Below are positions 57,397-64,000 of a DNA stretch of 64,000 bases, piece by piece. This DNA is from Fistulifera solaris (lineage: Eukaryota), in assembly GCA_030295235.1 (NCBI GenBank), contig AP026123.1, forward strand, positions 124,001-188,000. The letters run 5' to 3'. The notes below the pieces were generated by a model. The model ran no database searches. It was not told where the DNA came from and saw only the letters and a list, made by a program, of their open reading frames with translations. Positions within the stretch are counted from its first letter, which is position 1; each line of letters opens with the position of its first letter. Both the position numbers and the translations under genes were made by a program.

Positions 57397-58699
57397 ATGA
57401 AAGGATGGAAAAAGTGAATCTCGATTGTCGTTGGGATACTCTGTTTCTCCATTCTGCATCCTCTTCCTCTACCGCGACGAGTGATACGCTCGAGTTTCTT
57501 CGGATTGAAGTCTACGATTCAGCGCCCTACGGCTTCATGTATCAGTATGAAAGTATGAGTTGCTTTCGTCGGCTTACCGAATGTCGGGAAATCAACTTTA
57601 TTCAATGCACTCGCACGACAAGCCATCGCACCTTCCGCAAACTATCCGTTTTGCACGATTGAGCCCAATATCGCGTAATTGCCGATCCACGACCCGTATT
57701 TACCCATGTTAGCGGAAATGGATCCCCATCAGCCTCGGAAACAAGTCTTTGCGACGATGGAATGGGTGGATGTGGCGGGACTTTGTCGCGGTGCGTATCG
57801 TGGGGAAGGATTGGGAAACCGATTTCTCGCCACCATTCGCGATTGTCACGCCATGTGTCATGTCGTTCGCGTATGTTTAGACAAAAACACGGTACATGTC
57901 GACGGACGAGTTGATCCGAAAGCTGATATTCAAGCCATTCATTTAGAATTACTCATGGCAGATCTAGAGCATGTCGAACGACGTTTGGCCAGAACCACAT
58001 GTCAGGGCAAGGAACTACATGCGCTTGAACAAGTGCTTGTGTTCCTTCAAAGAGGATTGCCCGCGCGGAAAGCGGACCTGGACCCCGAGTCGCTGTTATC
58101 GATCAAGTCAATGGGGCTACTAACTTTGAAACCGGTTTTGTACTGTTTCAATGTCGATGAAGTTGATTTCACTTTAGCACGCACTGATGCTTTGGAGCAA
58201 ATAGACAAGATTTTTCGAGCATTGAAAGAAGAGGACGATGGCTTTCATTTGAATAATTTTGCTTTAGTAAGTGCAAAACTCGAAAGCGACTTGGCGCAAA
58301 AGAGTCTACATGAGCAAAGAGCCTTTCTAAATAAACTTGGAATTGATTGGGGCGAGACGGTGGACCTAAGAAGCGGCGCTGATGGCTTTAGTAGCAGTGT
58401 CCTCCCTAGGATGGTAAAAGAGCTCCTGGATTTGTCAGTGGTATATACTGGTCCTGGAGTTCCTCCCGAGAAATCCCTTACGACCAAGACGCATCTGATT
58501 CGACAGGGACATATCACGGCCGATGGTTTGGCCTCTCGTCTGCACGGAGACATTCAAAAGGTTTTATACAGGCTCGGCTCCTCAATTGATCGAATCCGGA
58601 AGTTTGAAGAATGCGAGGAGTGCTGGCCTTTTACGAGGAGAGGGGCGCAACTATGTGCTTGCGGCGGATGATGTTGTTTTGATCAAGTGGAAGCCGTAA
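57397..58699 (+). pseudogene. ychF: YchF/OLA1-family Obg-like ATPase, disrupted by in-frame stops and a 3' deletion/frameshift
   Basis: [48 protein letters not shown] and EGRNYV...DDVV motifs. Stops at 57415 (TGA), 57556 (TGA) and 57676 (TAA); broken GFIQA[EV..] near 58560-58575. Confidence 0.8.
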
Positions 58700-58756
58700 G
58701 AACATTGTGCGGAGACTCTAATTTGCGGATACGTAGACGTGTAGTGGCCTGAATGT

Positions 58757-58852
58757 TTGATATAAGAGAACTCGATTTAAACGCGCAAGCGGAAAGTTTC
58801 GCTGTTGATATAAGAGAACTCGATCTAAACGCGCAAGCGGAAAGTTTCGCTG
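58757..58852. repeat. Tandem duplication of 48 bp
   Basis: ttgatataagagaactcgat(t/c)taaacgcgcaagcggaaagtttcgctg occurs at 58757 and 58805. Confidence 0.95.
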
Positions 58853-59309
58853 AAGGCACGGCGATTGACGAAGCGATCACAATTAGGCCGCAGTCGATTC
58901 GCGTGGTCGGTTCATGATCGAGGAGTCTATCGAAGCATCAGCAGTGTTGTTTGGTTGCTTCCGCTCGCAGCACGAGTTGTAACTATGAGTGTAGCTTATT
59001 CGTAGACGCTATTTGTAACTATTTTCTGGAAATTATCTCTTGATTCGTTACGACTATTATGTTTCTCGTGCAATCATCTTAGTTTTTTTTTTATTAAAAA
59101 AAATAGTTACTATGTCCAAACTGTTTTCCGTTTTTTGCCGACTGGAGCGCATTCATGAGTCAGTCGTCACGAACGAGTTTGGTCTCTCGCGTTTTGCGCA
59201 TTGCGATGTTTGTTGCGTGCTACAAAGCTCTGCCTTATACCTCTCATTCGTTGGCATCTGCAAACCTCAACGACGAAGAAGAAAGAAAACGACGTTGCGG
59301 CTCATCAGA

Positions 59310-60653
59310 ATGAAGCGGAGACAACGCTATTTCGTGTTTTTGCTGTCCTTGCTGACGTTGAAATGGCGGAATGCTGAAGCTCTCTTGACATTTCCGATGA
59401 CACCACGCTTCAACAAGCAGAATAATCTACAATTACGCAATTTTCATAGAATACAAACGCGACAATTGACGACTCTTTCTTTAAATTCTCCTTTTCCTCT
59501 CGTGCCGGCCAATGATGAGTGGGGCAATTGGGCGGCGTTGTGCAGTACCGCCGCTCTCTCACAAGTTTTAGGCACTAAAACCCGCATCGGTCGACTGTTG
59601 GGTGCACCGGTGACCGCCATGGCCCTTTCGTTTTTTATGGCTTCAATCGGGATTCTTCAACCCGGTGGGACTCCGGCCGCGCGTGCGTTGCAGTTGCTCA
59701 GTTTGCAACTGGCGACGCCGCTGATTTTGCTGGGAGCGGACTTGCGAGATGCGATGCAACGATGCGGACCGCTCTTTCTTTCCTTCATGGTAGCGTCCGT
59801 CGCTACATTGGCAGCTTCTTTCGTTGGATGGACTGTATCGGGATCGATGCTTACAGCAGCACTGGGTCGAGATGGATTAGTTATTGCCGCGGCCCTTTTG
59901 GCGAAAAACATTGGTGGTGGCATCAATTATGTTGCCGTCTGTCGTACTCTGAATGCCAGCCCGACAGCTGTTGCTGCAGGATTGTGTGTCGATAACATTT
60001 TTGCTCTTATTTACTTCCCGGTAACGTCCATTTTGGCCAATGGGAAGCCGGATGTTGAGACAAATACCGACAAGGATTCATCACAATCCGACTTTGCTGC
60101 TGTCGCAGATGCCCCGGTGACAGTTCAAAGCATTTCCAATACTCTCTGTCTTGCCGCGGTGTTGCTGTGGTTGGGGGAACGCATCGGAGGACCCAGTGGA
60201 GCTCTCCCTGTTTGCACATTACTGACGGTGGCATTTGCTAGCTGGGCTCCACGGGAAAAAGTCATGCGACCCATTCAACCCACCGCGAATTGTTTGGGGC
60301 TGGCTTGCTTGTATCTTTTCTTTGCCACGGCGGGTGCACCGGGTCTCGCAGTGGCTGAATCGGTCAAAGCTTCGCTCCTCCCCTTGACATTGTTCTTGTC
60401 CATGTTGTACGCCATACATGGTGCTATATTGTTTGCGGGATATTTGTTGCTTCATCAATTTTCGTCGGCTTTTGTTCCGCAACGCTTGCTAGTCGCTTCG
60501 TCGGCCGCCATTGGCGGTCCCGCAACGGCCGTGGCGTTGGCCGAAGCCGCTGGATGGAAATCACTGGCTGTACCCAGTATCTTGGTGGGAAATATCGGTT
60601 ACGCCATTGCTACCTTCTGTGCGTTGGCCTTTCACTCGTTGTTAAATCGGTGA
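59310..60653 (+). CDS. DUF819-family multi-pass membrane protein (putative transporter), probably plastid-targeted
   Basis: Signal peptide MKRRQRYFVFLLSLLTL...AEA; PLILLGADLR, KNIGGGINYVAV, VDNIFALIYF, ASSAAIGGPATA and LVGNIGYAIATF motifs. Confidence 0.85.
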   Translation: MKRRQRYFVFLLSLLTLKWRNAEALLTFPMTPRFNKQNNLQLRNFHRIQTRQLTTLSLNSPFPLVPANDEWGNWAALCSTAALSQVLGTKTRIGRLLGAPVTAMALSFFMASIGILQPGGTPAARALQLLSLQLATPLILLGADLRDAMQRCGPLFLSFMVASVATLAASFVGWTVSGSMLTAALGRDGLVIAAALLAKNIGGGINYVAVCRTLNASPTAVAAGLCVDNIFALIYFPVTSILANGKPDVETNTDKDSSQSDFAAVADAPVTVQSISNTLCLAAVLLWLGERIGGPSGALPVCTLLTVAFASWAPREKVMRPIQPTANCLGLACLYLFFATAGAPGLAVAESVKASLLPLTLFLSMLYAIHGAILFAGYLLLHQFSSAFVPQRLLVASSAAIGGPATAVALAEAAGWKSLAVPSILVGNIGYAIATFCALAFHSLLNR

Positions 60654-61386
60654 CAAATTCCTTAGATCTTCTAATACTATACTAATTCTAATTCTTGCTG
60701 CTAAAGACTAGCATTCCTTAATTGTTGACGGTGTTAGCTTTTTCACTTTACTAAAGGGGTGTCTATGACAATGTAAGTTTTTTCATGGAGCGTCTCTGAT
60801 GCAAAAAACAGTCAGTTCAGAATTTACTACTCCGTATATAGTCCAAGCTCAACTTATCCACGACTGCAAGTCAGTCATGAGTTAAATTTCTTTCGAGCGA
60901 CAATGGCTCATGCAATTCGATCGTTCACCAAATTTTCTTGAGCTTCGTATATCTTGATTGCAAGGAAATAGTGTTTAGCACTGCTTTCGTTACACACCTT
61001 GATAATGTGCGTCGAAAAGCCTGCGAAAGGTTGTCTTCCGTATTTACTATGGACCAAAATGTTGAATTGATTCTTTCGTCTTTCGAGCTACAGTGTTACC
61101 TGCAATTCATTCGTTTGCCCGATTTCTTAAGCTCCCATTTGTTGTTGTTGCAATGGAATAGTCTTTGGCAGCGTTATCATTATAGGTCATTATAGCTTAC
61201 GTCGACGAGCCTTACGAAACGTTGTCGTTTGTTATTACTATGGACCCAAAGTGTTGGTTCAAGGAGAACACGACTGCGTTTATTTCTTCAGTCATGTACA
61301 AAGTACGCAGCGAAAAAATAAAAAAACCGACAATGGCACAACCTTTTACCAGATAATTAATAATGTGGTTAACATGACTATATATT

Positions 61387-62163
61387 ATGGTGCTGATGAA
61401 TATATTGCATCAAGGATTGACAGAGATCGCGAGAAGAGCGTCGCCGAATGCTTGTTTTGCGGAGTCTTCCCAGTCGAAAGCTCGAAAACAAGTTCTGTCC
61501 TTTTCGACGCAGACCGCCTATATTGATGAGTGGTTCGCTTCTATCATCAAAAGGCCTTCGTTTTATCAAGTTCTAGCCAACTCGGAACCTGTACGATGCT
61601 ACTTTTACAATATTGATTTGTACGGTCGGTTGTTTTTGGAAGAAACTATGCCCAAGAATATAGCTACATCGATCAAAGACGAGAGATTTCTGGATCTCTT
61701 CTTTGGTCGCATTCAAAAACCAACAGAGAAACACCAAGAACTCATGAAACAAAAGGAAATTCCTATTCATGACTACCCTTTTGTATCACCTTGCGGCAGG
61801 GAACTCAATTTCATTCGACCAGCGGCGACCCCCCTTGTATTTCATTCCATCGAAAAGGAACATCTCATTTTTGCCGGTAATAAACGACAATTGTTTGATC
61901 CTGCGAATTTGGCTATTTCGGAACGAACAGGAAGATTGTACCATCAAGTCACAAATATGTCTCTACGGGGGGATACTACGAGCAAAGACGCACCTGAATA
62001 CGCGTTGGTTCGATCTGCTGTTGCAGTTTCGCTCTCGGATCGCATTATTCTGCACGATGATTGTCTTTCTTTCCAGTTGGATGACAAAGCTTTGCCAATT
62101 GAATGGCTACCTGCGAGTTGCGAGCCTGGCGAGTGGGCAATGCCTGGTTCACACGACGAATGA
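61387..62163 (+). CDS. UPF0598 / C8orf82-like (DUF4505) protein
   Basis: YFYNIDLYGRLFLEE..PKNIATSIKDERFLDLFF, YPFVSPCGRELNFIR..ATPLVF and TGRLYH motifs. Confidence 0.85.
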   Translation: MVLMNILHQGLTEIARRASPNACFAESSQSKARKQVLSFSTQTAYIDEWFASIIKRPSFYQVLANSEPVRCYFYNIDLYGRLFLEETMPKNIATSIKDERFLDLFFGRIQKPTEKHQELMKQKEIPIHDYPFVSPCGRELNFIRPAATPLVFHSIEKEHLIFAGNKRQLFDPANLAISERTGRLYHQVTNMSLRGDTTSKDAPEYALVRSAVAVSLSDRIILHDDCLSFQLDDKALPIEWLPASCEPGEWAMPGSHDE

Positions 62164-62819
62164 AACGCTGACATGAATATTGAGTCTCGTCAACAAACGA
62201 AGCAATCTGAATTTGCATGAAAGTTCAAAGCGGTGCAGTATGAATCGGCAATGACTTGTATGGAAACGTCGAGGATGACGACGTCTTTTGTACATGTTGC
62301 AGATCTAGGTATGTCATTATATATGGTTGAGCCCTTTTTGGACAATGGGCTACTTTCTTTGCTGGTTATCTCGGTTCCTTGAACTCACTACATGAATCAT
62401 CAGCTACGGATACATTATAGGCAAAACGGAGGGAGGCTTCAACCTGAGGTGAAACTGTCAGAACTTTTTCTTCAAATGGAGGTATCGCTTCTTTTAGATT
62501 CCTCGATACTGTTTCCCAAACAGTTCGACTAAAAAGCCCCGTGGTGTCCGCTTGGTCCAGTTTGTGATATTGACTCTTTCGAGCTCTTATACGGGCCCCT
62601 TGTGGCTTTGGGCTTTACGGGATAGGGAATGGTCGATAGTGCTCCTCTGGGAGCTTGACGGAAATTACTCACTCCGAGCGGTTCCGATTATCTACGGTTT
62701 CGATGTCGTATCGATTCCTAAATATCTATGAACGAAACTTGGTTTCAACGATAAATATTATCTTAAGCAACCGAAACGGTATGTTCGCTCATAACGCAAA
62801 ACAAGTAATGTGTTTTTTG

Positions 62820-62980
62820 CCAGAGAGAAAATTTCTCTCTGAAGTGAGAAAATTTCTCTCTTTAGAGAGAGATTTTCTCTCGATTTCTCTCTTAGAGAGA
62901 AATTTTCTCCCTTAAAGAGATATTTCTCCCTATTTCTCTCTTTAGAGAGAAAGTTCTCTCTGTAGAGAGATATTTTTTCT
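62820..62980. repeat. Array of palindromic AGAGAGAAAATTTCTCTCT units (~20-bp period), copy 1
   Basis: About seven degenerate palindromic units; the whole block recurs at 63655-63812. Confidence 0.9.
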
Positions 62981-63654
62981 ATGCTTTCGTTCACTTCTTT
63001 GTGTAATTACCAGGTAAGGTTAAAAATCGACGATGAAGAGACCTCAACACACAACGAACAACCGTTATCGCACAAAACAACCAACGCCAAAAACAAAAAG
63101 ACGGTGCAGCGAGACAAGCATTTCTAATTACTAAAATGTAATTTGTCCCCGATAGCTAGTCATCAATTGACCTCGTCAACAGGAACAATGGGGCTTAGCT
63201 TTGGAAAGACGAATGGCGTGTGCAGGCCGAGTGCCATTTTTGGCTCGGCGTCGTGCTGTTTGGTGCGTTCCATTTTCAATTTCCCTTTTGTTTTTACTGT
63301 GAAAACATATTTGATCCGCGGCTCATTGGACATAGTTTGTCTTTTCCATGCTGACTGAAGAGTCTGGCAAATTTCAGCGGTCTGGGGCTGCTTCGTTTTC
63401 CCGGGCTTGTTGAGTTTCCAGCACGCCACGGCCGCATCTCAGTTCGTCTCTCATTCTTGCCATTAATCAAAAGCGTTAGATAATAGGTTTTGAGTTGATA
63501 TGAATTACTCTTTTGCAAAATAAACCTCTTTCGATACTTGCCAAGCAGAAAAGTAATGCACCGACGCCAACGACGCCCGACGCCCACATTGTACAGTACA
63601 TAAAATTCGTTCAACAGAGGAAAACTCTAAACAGAAATCGTCTTACTCCATAAT

Positions 63655-63812
63655 GAAAATTTCTCTCTGAAGTGAGAAAATTTCTCTCTTAGAGAGAGAT
63701 TTTCTCTCGATTTCTCCCTTAAGAGAGAAATTTTCTCCCTTAAAGAGAAATTTTCTCCCTATTTCTCTCTACAGAGAGAATTTCTCTCTATAGAGAGAAA
63801 ATTTCTCTCTAT
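63655..63812. repeat. Array of palindromic AGAGAGAAAATTTCTCTCT units, copy 2 (direct repeat of 62826-62980)
   Basis: gaaaatttctctctgaagtgagaaaatttctctct...gagagagattttctctcgatttctc is shared in the same orientation, offset ~830 bp. Confidence 0.9.
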
Positions 63813-64000
63813 AATGACAAAAAATTGCTTAGAGACAAACGGCATTTAAGCTTATAGCATAAAACGTGTATCGGAATTTATCGCGAAATGTTGTACAATT
63901 GAGTAGAGTACAAATGTTTCCGTTGAAATAATTACTATATAAGCGTAAACTGTATAGTATGTTACGGAGAGACTTCCGACAAGCACCCTGCGCGAAGCTT

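Noticed and set aside
62520..62700. GC-richer intergenic stretch as a possible structured ncRNA
   Set aside because: No recognisable snRNA, snoRNA or SRP motifs by eye; an Infernal/Rfam search would be needed.

Overview
This is a gene-dense eukaryotic nuclear window, most likely from a diatom. The evidence is short GT-AG introns (58-127 nt), signal peptides followed by ASAF-like plastid-targeting motifs, RXL motifs and a PyShell-like gene. About 24 genes are supported: a giant tandem CBM6-repeat protein with a silaffin-like Ser/Lys tail, MCM6, STE24, a PPR protein, a GT31 galactosyltransferase, a J-domain protein, a Ser/Thr kinase, a double-length TyrRS, NIFK/Nop15, RCL1, an ATRX-like SNF2 with zf-CW, PI synthase, a protease-less FtsH-like ATPase, a lumenal WW protein, a Sen1-like helicase, a UMP-CMP kinase fused to a CaMKII-hub-like domain, two paralogous Cys-domain membrane proteins, an M11 peptidase, a PyShell-like protein, a YchF pseudogene, DUF819 and UPF0598. 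Many ORFs are broken by single-base indels, mostly at homopolymers, which looks like long-read consensus error. The main unexplained non-coding signal is a family of periodic arrays of a short palindrome (CCAGA-NNN-TCTGG) at about 25.0, 43.4 and 56.3 kb. A related pair of AGAGAGAAAATTTCTCTCT arrays lies at 62.8 and 63.7 kb. All family assignments come from motif recognition by eye; no database searches were run.
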